This document shows, piece by piece, positions 46,901 through 61,083 of a stretch of DNA of 64,000 nt. A program made the translations under genes and the position numbers. Source of the stretch: Saprolegnia diclina VS20 (Eukaryota); contig NW_008246077.1 in the NCBI RefSeq assembly GCF_000281045.1, positions 44,176-108,175 on the forward strand, written 5' to 3'. The number at the start of each line of letters is the position of its first letter. Position 1 is the first letter of the stretch. The notes under the pieces are model-generated. The model was not told the origin of the DNA and made no database searches. It saw only the letters and a list, made by a program, of their open reading frames with translations.

Positions 46901-49900
46901 GCAGATGTCGCGAACGTCCATTTGGAAGAACAAAATGTCGGCGACCTCGTGGAGGCGCATCGTCGTTGGGTCTGCGCAGCGGCTGCCCCGTCGGACGGCT
47001 GAAAGGACCGCTTCGGCGTCCATGACGCTGGAACGAGAACTGCCGCTGGCTGAGAGCTCACGAGCAACGACGGGCGACGGTGGCTGCCAGCGCTGCAAAA
47101 ACCAGGACCAGAGTGCGGTCAGAAAGCCAAACTCGGCGTTGGCCAGCGTCTCAAAGTACGACCGGTGGTGGGCGTTTTCGTCCGAGTCGAAGTTTTGAAG
47201 CAGAATCGAGAGAAAGACGTTGAGCGAGATGTAAAAGCCAGCGACGAAGGCCGATATGACAAAGAGGACGCCATTGTATGTGCTCGAGTCCATGCAACTG
47301 TAGAGCACGCTGGTCCACTCGTCGCCCGTGAATATCTGAAAGACGGTCAACAGCGCCTTCCAAAGCGTCTGAAACGACGGCAGCGAGTGGCCAAAGAGGT
47401 TCATGCCAATGAGCGCAAAGACGTAGAGCACGAGGCCGAGCAAGATGGCGTAGTAGCAAAGGCCGCGAAAGCTCGTGAGCATCGTCTCCAAAAGCATGCG
47501 GAAGGACAGCAACTGCTTCCCGAGGGCAAAGACGCGCGCGACGCGGACAATGCGGAAGCCGCGAGCGACGCTATCTGGCATCGAGGCGACGCTTGAGAAG
47601 CACAGGTGCAGCATCCTAAGGCATGCGTCACAGATGTGCCCACACGAGTTCAGAAGTGGTACCCAATGACCGTGACAATGCCGTCGAGGAGATTGTACGT
47701 ATCAGCGGCGTAGCCAGCGAGACTTAGTCCGTTGATTTTGACGAGCATTTCGAGGCAAAAGATGCACGCGAGGACGTCAGTCGTTCTACTGAGCGCCAGC
47801 ATCCACACGACATCATTCGTATCCGACATCGTAGTGTTGTTGATTTGAATAACGCGGGGGTCGGCGATCAGTGGCGAGACATCGTCGTTCGGGTTGCGCA
47901 CAAGGAGCACACCCACGTTCACAAATAGTGCCACGTTGATCACCAGCGCGAAGGCGCGGTGGTGCATCACCGCGAGGGCCACTCTCTTTATCGTACCATC
48001 GGCCTTGGACGCAGCCGCCTTCGGCGCGCTTGCGGCGCCTGCGGGCAGGTGCACCCCTGCACCGTGAAACCCCATGCGCCTCAGTACCCGTTTGAAACCA
48101 TCGACATTCACCATGCCTACGAAATGCAATGGTCGATATATGCATCAGAAGCGCGGACCTTGAAGCGTGTCGTCCTCGGCTCGAAAGAGCTCCAGGAGGT
48201 TTGTCCCATGCACCTCGCACGCGTGGCACTCGAGGAGCACTTTTTGTTCGAGGAGCTCCATTTGCCGCGACGGAGCGTCCGCAAAGCGAATGAATTCGGC
48301 CAAGTCGACATGGCCGCTGTTGTCCAAGTCCAAGTACGCGTGGAGCGCTACGACTGTCGCGTAGTCTACAGCAATGCCGATGCGCGCTTCGATTGCCTGC
48401 ACCGCTCGCATTTGCACGCGTCTCATCGCTGGAATGTCTACCTGAAAGCCGCTCTGAAGCTCCGCGAGGCTCAAACGACCGTTCTGGTCCTTGTCGAAAA
48501 ATCGAAAGAGCGAGTGGGTGTGCAAGCCCGCGACCTTGGCGCGCTGGAGGAAGCGTCGCAGCGTGTTCATCGTCTCGTTGACATGACTGGATCCACACGC
48601 TTTCGTTACTCAATGGAGACAACACGCGTGGCGCACCTCGACTGCGAAAAGAACGTGGCAAACGCCATGTAGTTGACGTGACCGTTCTCATCTTGAAAGC
48701 GCGAGAGCAAAAGGTGGAGCTCCATGTGCGACAGCGTCGTTGCCGGCAGCGCCGTGGGGAAGCGAATGACGTCCATCACCGATGGGGCCCGACGCGTCTG
48801 CTTTGCAGCGAGCGATTTCTTTTTGAGTTTGAGCTACGCTCGTGAGTGAGAAATGCGAATCTCGTATGTGCGCACCTGAGCCGTCACGAGTGCTCGCTGA
48901 ATGTGCTTGAGTTTGCGGGCGTACGCGTCGTGGATGACAGCGATGACGAGGTTGACGACAAAGTAGCTCCCCACCGGAATCAACAGCACAAAATAGAGTG
49001 CCGCAATGCCCGACTAGTCGAAAGGTTGTTGAGCGATCGTTCGTACACATTACCGCAACGCACCTTGGCTTCCACGAGAGCGAAGAGCGTCTGCCCCCAG
49101 TTGGAGAACGAGACGACCTCAATCACGGTCAATAGCGCGAGCCCAAAGTGGTCGAACGAGGTGTAGCCGTCGTTGAGGTCCTTGTAGAGCGTCGTCGTAT
49201 TCAAGGCATACACCGAGCACGCTCCATTGCCAGGACACGGACGCGCGCCGCAGCGCGGGCCACTGCCGTCCACATACTCGTTGTCGCATTGCTGGTGAAG
49301 TGCGCCTCGGAAGAGATTGATGCCTGCGATTGCAAAGATGGCGAGCACAACGAGCATGAGGTGACCAACATGCACCAGAAGCTGCATGGCCTCAAAGAGC
49401 GACTGGACGAGCGTCTGGAGGCCGCGCGAGAACGTGATCCCGCGAAGCACCTTGAGAATGCGCAAGAGGCGGAAGAGTCCGAGGTTGGGCACCTGCGACG
49501 CACTCTGCGTCGCCAAGAGTATCGTGAGCCAGCCCAGGAGCACGAGGAGCAGGTCCACAATGTTCCAGCGACTTTGAAGGTACGACTGAGGTCCGTCGAG
49601 CACGCCGACCGCGAGCATCTTGACACAGACCTCGAGCGTAAACACCGCGTTGAAGCCGACGTCGAGCCAGGCAAGCACCTACCAAGACGAAAGCATTGTC
49701 GCTATGCGTAGCCACCATAAGAGCGCACCGTGGTGAGGGTCGATGATGACGCGTCCGCGGTCATCGACGACGACGTGTCGACGCCCAGCACAATCGTGTT
49801 GAGTACGATTGCCACGAGAATACAGCGGTGAAAGGCCTCGGAGAAGTAGAGCTCGATGCAGAGCCGCCGAAGCCGCGATTTTTTGGACAACCCGGCGACC

Positions 49901-50055
49901 GTGGCTGGGAGCCGGAGCGCAATGGACGTGTGCTTGGCGCCATCTTCGCTCGTATCGCCTTCGCCGTGGTGGTGGGTGAGGGCCGAGATGTTGTCGGTTG
50001 TCGCCCTCGCCGGCGCTACGACCGCGACCTTGGGCCGTGCAGTGATCGAAGCCAT
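43911..50055 (-). CDS. Four-domain voltage-gated Na+/Ca2+ channel alpha subunit with EF-hand and DEP-like insertions
   Basis: Four S4 segments (FRLLRILKVLR, FRIVRVARVF, KPLRAFRALRPLR, LRMLRVVRAYRLLK) and four P-loops (SFSNW, TGDEW, TLQGW, TGDRW). Linker motif IFLTEEQKRW and C-terminal IQ motif ALVIQKAWHKH. Confidence 0.9.
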
Positions 50056-50211
50056 GGCGCCCGCCCGCGACGGTTCCATCGTATCTTTTTGTTTGGTCGT
50101 TATCGATTATCCCACTCGTTGTATCTTTGACGTTTACCGTGTCCTCCAAGCGAGCTAAACTCCACTCAAACTCAACGCTGGCATGCCACATATGACGAGT
50201 GCTATATTGGT

Positions 50212-51261
50212 TTAAAACACCGTGATGAGCACAAAGCAGCTGTAGACCATGGCCGTCGGGTATGCGATGAGGAAGCGCTGGTCGTGCATGTGCAGCGCCT
50301 TCTCGAAGAAGCGCGTCGCTGTCTGCGTGCTCCACGCAACGCTGAGGAACGCGAGCGCGAGGCCAATGTAGTTGAGGCTCCTACATATTGAGGCACGTTA
50401 GATCGCTCACTCATATGCACTCTGCGACCGACTTGACGGAGACGACAATGTTGACGGCTGCAAGCAGGATGATCGGCAGCAAGCAGTAGCCAAGCACGGA
50501 GCAGACACGGTAAATATCGATCGTGCGCGTCGGTGACAGGAGGTTCATGATCGCCCACATAAAGACCCAGCCAAAGACGCCAAAGCCGTAGATGTACCCG
50601 AAATGGATCTTCCCGCTCTACCGATCGCATGAGCCACGATCGAACCTGTCTAGGAGCGACGTACCAGCAGCAAGCACGTGCCAAAGACAAAGCAAAACAC
50701 GAGCGGGCCCGCGAGGTCCGTGTCGTCGAGGATATGCTCCGTGATCTCTTTGGTCGGCAACAGCACTGACTGCGTCTTCATCCAGATATGCCCAAAGTTG
50801 ACGCCAAGCTCTACAGGCAACAAAACAACGATCACGCCGGGGAACACAGAGCGCAGCTCACAACCTTCAAGGAGCGGTGGCTCGTTCTCGTAGTCTTCGT
50901 CGTCGCGGCTGCCATACCGGCCCGAAGGCGGCGGCCCGTCACCCATGCGGCCCATCGAGCCAGTCAAGTCGCTCGTCGGCGCGCTATCGCCACCCGTGAA
51001 CCAAGGGGCATTTCCCCCTTGGTTTTGCGGCGGCGGCTGGTGGTACGTGGGTTGGTTGTACGCGGGCTGCTGCGGGTAGCCCGGCTGGCTGTAGTCTTGG
51101 TTGTACTGCTGGCCGTAGCCACCTTGCTGGCCGTAGCTGCCTTGCTGCTCGTAGCTGCCTTGGTTGCTGTTGCCGTACTGGGACTGGCTGTTATCGTACT
51201 GGGACTGGCTGTTGCCGTAGCCGTACTGAGGCTGGCCAAAGCCAGGTTGCTGCGTGTGCAT
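50212..51261 (-). CDS. YIP1: Yip1-domain Golgi membrane protein (YIPF5/7-like)
   Basis: Gln/Gly/Tyr-rich N-terminus, NEPPLLEELGVNFGHI, DTDLAGPLVF, GKIHFGYIYG, CSVLGYCLLP and QRFLIAYP. Confidence 0.9.
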
Positions 51262-53059
51262 CGCGTCGGCGTCTCCGGCGATTCGGAGCCCCCTCTTATC
51301 CGGATGTCCGCATACCATGCAAGGCTATCCGGACGACTTTTGCGGACGCTGACGTGGCGTTGCGATGGATTAACGCTCGTCAGCTTGGGCGCAGTTCATA
51401 AGGCTGCAGTATGCACTAGGTCTATTCATTGCTACCTCACCTTCGCCACGCACCGCTGGGGGACGCAGGACGGACTGAACAAACTCTTTCAACCTCTTCA
51501 GTGAAGCCACCTCTAAGAGAGCAGGGCAAGTTGATCTTGGCGTCACGAGCACCAACATTAGTAGCCCAAGTTCAGAGTCCGACGGTCTGCTGTCGGCCCG
51601 ATTGCCTTCCTCGCCGCATTGCACGCGGTGCTACACTGTCAGTGGTGCAGTGTCTCTGCCGCACGCATGCAGGTTCATTGCCCTTGGTTGCAGGGTTAAT
51701 CACACAAATGCGTGCGGTAGGTTTCCGCGATGCGAGGCGTGTGCTAACGTCCATCGCAGCAGTCTGCAACGACGTCGTTACGCAGCATTAGGCATAGCCT
51801 CGTCGCGCGCGGGACCTCTGCGGCATGCGTGCTCCGCAGGCGCACTCGTGCGCGTGCCTGGCCCGGCCGCGCTCCTTCCGTGACTACCTCGTAGCTCACT
51901 GCATGCGATGGGTCATCGCATTTCGAGCTCTCATCGCCATTGTCAACACCTCGAAGTCGAGCGACGCCATGCATAGAGCGCTTGCAGCAATTGGCTCTTG
52001 CTGACACCGTTGTAGGATCGCGCTCGGTGCGTCATCGTACAAATAGCTTCTCTGTGACGGCAGATGTCCCAGTGCACAGCGGCGCGACTTGAAGTCCGAG
52101 AGCGACCTGCACTCCTCTGGCTACTCGCGTGGACGACACCAGCAATTGTTATAACACAAAGACCATGATGTTAAGACCAAGCTCAGATTCGACTCGATGG
52201 AAGAAGCCTCGAAGAAAAAGAAAGTAGACGCCGCGGAAACTCATACCAAGCAGACAGTATGGGAATACGAATAAGAAACAGTGCAATAGGTCGGCGTGGG
52301 AGGATGCAACTGCGCGGCGCAAGCATCTGTCGGGGTGTATATATATCAACCGTTGCCGCGACCGGACCACAAGAAGGCGTGAAAGATATGTATGGTGTTA
52401 TAACAGCCGTTTTGCGTGCAAACGTGCCAGACGCGGGAGGAAACCCGGGACCATAACACTTGAAGGTGCCAACTGCATGGGTGATGAAGAGCCTTCACGT
52501 CATATCACGTTGAAGAAGCTTCAAACGGTGCTTCTTGCTTTGCGAAGAAGGAGAACAAGGCTAGTGAGTTTCTCCCGCGTAGACAGGAGCTCTAACTACA
52601 TCACAAGCCGAATACGACGTGGTCGCCCGCATTCGTCACCCGTCATCACTTGCGTACCGGTACACGACCCAAGTGAAAACCCTTTAAGTCGTTTGAGTAA
52701 ACAGGCTCGGAAGGACGGCTGTGCGACCAGACGCAAGTCTCTCGAACTTGACGCGAGAAGCCTCGGTTCTTTGAATTTTGTTTTACGCCGCCATGTCCAC
52801 GTCGACAATGGGTCTCTTCTTTTGCGGGGGCGAAACATTGGAGCAACCATGACGCTCCTCTGCTTGCTGCTATTACACGGGGCACTAATACACACGCCGC
52901 AGACATACAGAGACCAAGTCATCTCGTGTGTCTCGCGCGTATAAATTTCGGGCTCCGATTTTCTGGTGCGAAAATCCTGTCGGAATTAATTATGCACCGT
53001 CCCACTCTGGCCAGCGTTGAAGTTGGCGCCAGCAGCTTGGGCCGTAACGACGCGCCAAG

Positions 53060-53083
53060 GTCCATTTTCATTTTTCCTTTGCC
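53060..53083 (+). promoter_or_regulatory. Possible oomycete INR/FPR-like core promoter element
   Basis: Pyrimidine-rich tccattttcatttttcctttgcc just upstream of ATG 53092. It only loosely resembles the YCAYTYY + MWTTTNC consensus. Confidence 0.35.
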
Positions 53084-53091
53084 AACGCAAG

Positions 53092-53457
53092 ATGGTCATC
53101 TACTACACCAAGCACAACAACACGGTCATGGAGAAGCTCGGCTTCCGCTCCAAGACCTTCGCCATGGACGTCAACGCCGCGAAAGGCTCGTTCACGTGCA
53201 TGAACACCAACACGACGTTCGCGATCGACGCCATCGTGGACGCGCAGTGGACCAACGACAAGCACCTGACGCTGCGCGTGCAGCACCACGGCTCCGTCAT
53301 CAAGCAGCAGCTCATCTTTGAGAACCACGCCGACCTGCACATGTTCCTCTCCGAGCTCGGCGTCCACGACGCGGCGCAAAAGCGAGTCAGCGACCGAGGC
53401 TCCTTTTCCAACGCGACCTTGCCACCGACGCAAAAGCCCTTCCGCCGCAGCATTTAG
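53092..53457 (+). CDS. Small intronless hypothetical protein (121 aa)
   Basis: MVIYYTKHNNTVMEKLGFRSKTF...; very strong C/G third-position bias and an AT-rich 3' flank. Confidence 0.75.
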   Translation: MVIYYTKHNNTVMEKLGFRSKTFAMDVNAAKGSFTCMNTNTTFAIDAIVDAQWTNDKHLTLRVQHHGSVIKQQLIFENHADLHMFLSELGVHDAAQKRVSDRGSFSNATLPPTQKPFRRSI

Positions 53458-54016
53458 ACACTAATCTACCTCGTATTTATCCTCTCAAATATATATTTCT
53501 TGGCGCTAGTCCACGTCAGGCAGCGTTGCATTGACCTTAGCCTTCGGTGCCAATTCCCTTCAGGGCGAAAACGCAACACGTGCTACGTGATGTCCACGTA
53601 CCCCTGTTACAAGCGGAGCGTCTACGAGCCGGGGGAATCTTGAGGACTTGCGCGTGGTCAAGCGTACGTACTACGTGTCGTGCCGAGAGTTGCTCCAACT
53701 CAAGTGGCGTCCGCCTCGATCCGCCAGCATCCCTTTTTGGATCAGAGGTATCGGTTTGGTCGATGAGAAGGATGCATCTGACTCCTTGATGGAGCATGGA
53801 GCAAGACGCAAAGCCATGCGCGTTCTGTCTGTCGTGGGACGTCACGGGATACCTACACCGAGCGTGTTTCGTGTAATATCACACTCGACGTATCGATCGC
53901 ACACATACACCATACAGGCGCAGGAGCTGCCAATGCCTGCGCATCTATTAGTGGGTATGGCGCGTCGGCGTTGCGTGCCGCGACACCGAATATCAAGGTA
54001 CCGGATAGATATCCAT

Positions 54017-54044
54017 ATCTAGCCCACGCTATCTAGCCCACGCT
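54017..54044. repeat. Perfect 14-bp tandem duplication
   Basis: atctagcccacgct occurs twice in tandem. Confidence 0.85.
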
Positions 54045-54219
54045 ATGCTCGACCCGTGCCACGCCGCGGCGTCGACGGATCAGAGCACGCGACAGCCCCG
54101 CAAGACACTGAAATTCATGAAGTGCAATTTTCGCGATCTTTGGCCTCGAGACCCAGCCAATCACTGCATCGCACATGGATTTTACGTGGTCATGATTGGT
54201 GGCCGAGATTGCGATTGGC

Positions 54220-54703
54220 ATGCTGCGCTGCTTTGTGGTCGCGGCGATGGGCGTGACGACGTCGGCGTCGATGGCCGACCGCTTCTATGGCTTCCGTTAC
54301 GAGGTACTCTGTCGGATACGAAGGGGCGTGACCCCTTATTGAGCCCAGATTCCCGGCAGCGGCGAGGATACGATTGCGCTTGTCACGGCTCAGGCACAGC
54401 AGCACGCGTGCTTTGGCTGGGTGCAGCCAACGCCACAGGTATGACGCGTACACGACTTGTGCCTCGCTGAATGGAAAGGCGTAGGCCGCGGTCGTGGGCG
54501 AAGTGCGGTGCAGTGCAACCCATGGCCCACGCGTGCACGCCTGGATGGAGGCGACGTGGCACGACGTGCGCGTCCGCGTCTATCCCTCGACAAAGATCCG
54601 CTTCCACTTCAGCTACTTCCGCCGGCTCGAGACGACGCGCGATACGTGCTTTGTGTCGCCGCCCCACGCATGCACTGCCGACCCTCGTCATGACGAGCTG
54701 TAG
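54220..54703 (+). CDS. Small ER-retained (HDEL) protein with acylphosphatase-like fold
   Basis: Splicing 54304-54348 and 54439-54484 gives MLRCFVVAAMGVTTSASMADRFYGFRYE|IPGSGEDTIALVTAQAQQHACFGWVQPTPQ|AAVVGEVRC...KIRFHFSYFRRL...DPRHDEL*. Confidence 0.7.
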
Positions 54704-54758
54704 TATATACTTTATGACAAGACGTAAAACACCAAAGACTACGATATCTAGCCTGTCT

Positions 54759-57349
<2,591 letters not shown>

Positions 57350-57480
57350 GGCAGCGATGTAAAAATACCCCCGGCAGTTGCGTCCAAAAAGTATCTTTCT
57401 CGCAACATGATTGGTGGAAATGTTGAGGCCAAGTGGCGCATCACCTGCGCGCTGTATGGTGTGGAAATGTATTTTAACCA

Positions 57481-58960
57481 ATGGCATTGCGCGCTTCTGT
57501 TTCGCAAGCAAGATCCGTCAGTCGACGGACGAGCCCCATGCGTCGGAAAGCGGTGTACGTGGCCGCGACGCGCCAGCACGTGGGCAAGACGAGCACCTGC
57601 CTCGGACTGCTCCAGGGCCTCACCAGTCGCTTCGAGAACATTGGCTACATCAAGCCCGTCGGCCAGCAGTCTGTGCTCGTGTCCGGAAACCTCCGCGTCG
57701 ACAGGGACGTTCGCGTCGCCAAAGGTACGTCGCCGCCTTGTTGACGCCTTCCGCCAACTCGATGCTAGAGGTCTTCAACCTCAAGAACTGTGACTACGCT
57801 GACATGAGCCCCGTCGTCATCCCGAGCGGCTACACACGCGAGTACCTCGACGGAAAAATCTCGCTCGAGTCGCAGCTCGAGAAGATCAGCTCGAGTTTCA
57901 ACCGCATCGCCGCCCGCAACGACGTGCGTAGACTGCTCTACGGCTTGTTTTAGATCGCATTTTCTTTTGGTCGAGTAGTTTACCGTCGTGGAAGGCACGG
58001 GGCACACGGGGGTCGGCTCGATCGTCAACGTCAACAACGCCCGCGTCGCCGCCGAGCTCGGTCTGGACATGATCCTCATCGCGAACGGTGGTATTGGTTC
58101 TGCGTTCGACGACCTTGCGCTCAACCGGTGCGTCCTCTATCTTGTCACTCAGGTTATGGTTACGATGGTGGGCACCAGGGTCATGTGCAAGGAGTATGGC
58201 GTCAAGATTTGCGGTGTCATTCTCAACAAAGTCCGCGCCGACGTACCGTTTTGCGCTCGCAGTGCATTTCGACTTAGCGTTGTCTCATGCTAGAAAATGG
58301 ACATGATGTGGGACTACTTCCCAAAGGCGCTCAAGCAGTGGGACGTGCCCCTCCTCGGTGTCGTGCCCGATCTCGTACGTTCATGTGCGTTTCGAAGCTC
58401 ATGTTATCATTGCGTGCATGTAGCCACGCCTCGCGCAGCCATCGATGCTGGACTTTGAAGAGCTATTTGGTACCAAGCTCCTGAGCGGCTCGAACCGCCG
58501 CATGACGCAGTTCCGCAACGTCTCGCTCGTCACGTCCGGCTTGCGGCGCTTCCTCGTCAAGCTCTCGTCGCACGAGTTCAACGACACGCTCTTCGTCACG
58601 CACGCATCCCGGAACGACATCATCCTTGGGTTTCTCTCCCACAGCCAGAACTACGAGCTCAAAACTGGCCGCGAGTTTGGCGGCGGCTTGATTCTCACGG
58701 GCCGCCCGCCCGTGGACCAGCCCCAAGACTACATCATGGAGATCATTTCGCGGTCGACGTCCCCCGTGCTGTACGCGCCACTGACGACGTACCGCGCCAT
58801 GGACCTCATGACGGGGTTTACAGGTACCTTGCATGATCTTCAAAATGACTATGTACATATGACACAACTAGCCAAGTTCAATGCGACGGACGTCGGCAAG
58901 GTCCTGACGTGTGCCAAGCACTACGAAAACTATGTCAAGTTTGACACTCTCCTGCAATAA
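57481..58960 (+). CDS. Stand-alone BioD-like P-loop (AAA_26) + DRTGG-like protein, corresponding to the N-terminal part of long phosphotransacetylases
   Basis: VYVAATRQHVGKTSTCLGL, IGYIKPVGQ, VVEGTGHTGVGS, NNARVAAELG, GVILNKV, LLGVVP, THASRNDII and GGLILTG. No PTA_PTB catalytic domain before the stop. Arg/Ser-rich presequence-like start. Confidence 0.8.
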
Positions 58961-59113
58961 TATGACACGAGCAACGCTCAGCCTTGTTTTTGAAGCTACC
59001 AGCTGCACAATAGTATATCAGGTGGCAGTCGTGGCTAGGGCAGGGTTCGGGTTGTGCATCCAAGAACCACAAGAGGAGAGAGACAACAAAACGACGAGTG
59101 ATTAGATGAGCGA

Positions 59114-61083
59114 TTAAACAAACCGGCGAATGCGGGTCGTGATGGGGTCCCGGCAGTTGGGGCAGTTGACGATCTGCGTCGAGCAGAGCATGCACGTCTC
59201 GTGGCCGCAAGCAAACACCGTGTCCTTGCAGCGTTCCATGCAGATGCAGCAGAGCGACGCTTCTTCCAGGCTGCGAATGCGCTGCTTGAGCGACGTCACG
59301 GCCGCGTCGCTGACCAGCGGGATGGCCACCATCTCACACACCTTGCAAACGCCCGACGTGACACCGTGTTCACAGCTGGGTGCATTCTCGGGCGCGCGAT
59401 CCAGCGACATCAGCAGCGCCCGCGCCTCCGGTGCAGCCATGTCCATCGCGGTAAGACCCGACTATGCACAGCTCCATTGAGTTCGACGGAAATCGTAAAG
59501 ACTGCGTACGTTCGAGCGAAGGGTCGTGTCGGCGCCGGCGCGCAAGAGCGCGGCCAGGATCGGGAGCCGCGTGTACTTTGCAGCTTCGTGGAGTGGCGTC
59601 ATGCCGTCCTACACACCACAATTTCGTTGAGCTAGGCACTACCGACGGGAAGCGCACCATGTTGGCACGGTTGACGTCAATGTCGGGATGTTCCAAGAGC
59701 AGATCAACGAGGTCGCCTTGGTTGTACCACGCAGCATACGAGAGTAGGGTCCAGTCGCGCTACAGGTCAATGATCGCTCGTTCCTGTATCATTTGGCGCC
59801 AAACGCACCGGGCCAAACTGTTCGTTGATGTTGGTGACCGAACGGCTTGTAATGCGGCGCTTGACTTCATTCCACTTGCCGTGGAGCGCACACTCGCCAA
59901 CGGTTTTCCCAGGCGTTTGCAGAATGAGCGCCCGGCCTTCAGCCGACGCCATATCAATGGGGAGGAGCCCGGCCTGTCATAAATGTGTTCTTCGCTCTCG
60001 AGAACCAAGAAACACAAGAAAGTACGTTGTTGCGAAGGGCCGTGTTGGCCCCCGACCGCAGAAGCGTCGTGAGGATCGGGAGGCGGTTGTACTTGGCAGC
60101 CTCGTGCAGAGGCGTCATGCCGTCCTACGCGCGTTGAGATGAGACCGCAGCTTCGCTGGATGGACAGCGTGCCATGTTGGCTTGGTTGATGTCGATACCG
60201 CGGTAGCCAAGCAGGAGGTCGACAAGGTCGACTTGGTTGTACCACACGGTAAAGGCCAAGAGCGTCCAGTCGCGCTACACCATGGACGTTAGTGGTGCAG
60301 AGCGTGGCCCGAGCACGTACGGCGCCAAAGGGCTCGTTGATGTTGTCGATCGACTGGCTCGTGATGCGCCGCTTGACCTCGTTCCACTTGCCGTGGAGCG
60401 CGCACTCACCAACCGTGAACATGCGTCCCCGCAGCAATTCCCGCACTTGCATGCGCTTGGCGACTGCAAACGGCTTGTCTCCATTCTACACCCAACCGTG
60501 TCACGACGACGTTTTGAGACAGGTTGGGTAACGTGCCTTGTTGGTCAGCTGCGGATTCGCGCCCGCCGCGAGGAGCCCCTTGACGACGTCGAGCTGTCCT
60601 GCTTTAGCCGCCTCGTGCAACGGTGTCGAGCCGTCCTACGCATATGTCGCTCACAATGCGCTAGGATCCGCACTACCTTGTTCTTCGCGTTCATATCCGC
60701 GCCTGCACCGATAAGATCTTGGCAGACGTCGAAATGGCCGTGCTTGGCGGCCTCGTGCAGGGGCGTCGTCCGGTCCTACGTGTGCGCATGAGAAACGACG
60801 AAATGCAAAACGCATGTCCTCGTACGCGACTGCCCTTGTCGACGTCAATGTCGTTGCATCCGAGCAAGAGATGCACGATCCCATGCTGTCCGTGGCGGGC
60901 GGCGACCGCCAGCGCCGTCGTGTCCGTCTACGATGGAGCGCATGAGTCGTGTGATCGATGGTCCATGGTGTGACGTACGACGCCCGCGGTTGCGTTGACG
61001 TCGGCCACAGCATGCGCCTTCAAGCGCTCTTCCAGCTCGGGCCAGCTTTCGCGCAGCGCGAGGTCTGCCATGGAGGTTGCCAT
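59114..61083 (-). CDS. Ankyrin-repeat + C-terminal RING (C3HC4) probable E3 ligase, copy 1
   Basis: Multiple GRTTPLHEAAK / GMTPLHEAAK ankyrin repeats on tiny exons. RING CCICMERCKDTVFACGHETCMLCSTQIVNCPNCRDPITTRIRRFV*. Confidence 0.85.

Noticed and set aside
51300..53000. ORFs in the YIP1 upstream region, e.g. 52477-52944
   Set aside because: No domain signatures or coding bias. Treated as intergenic.
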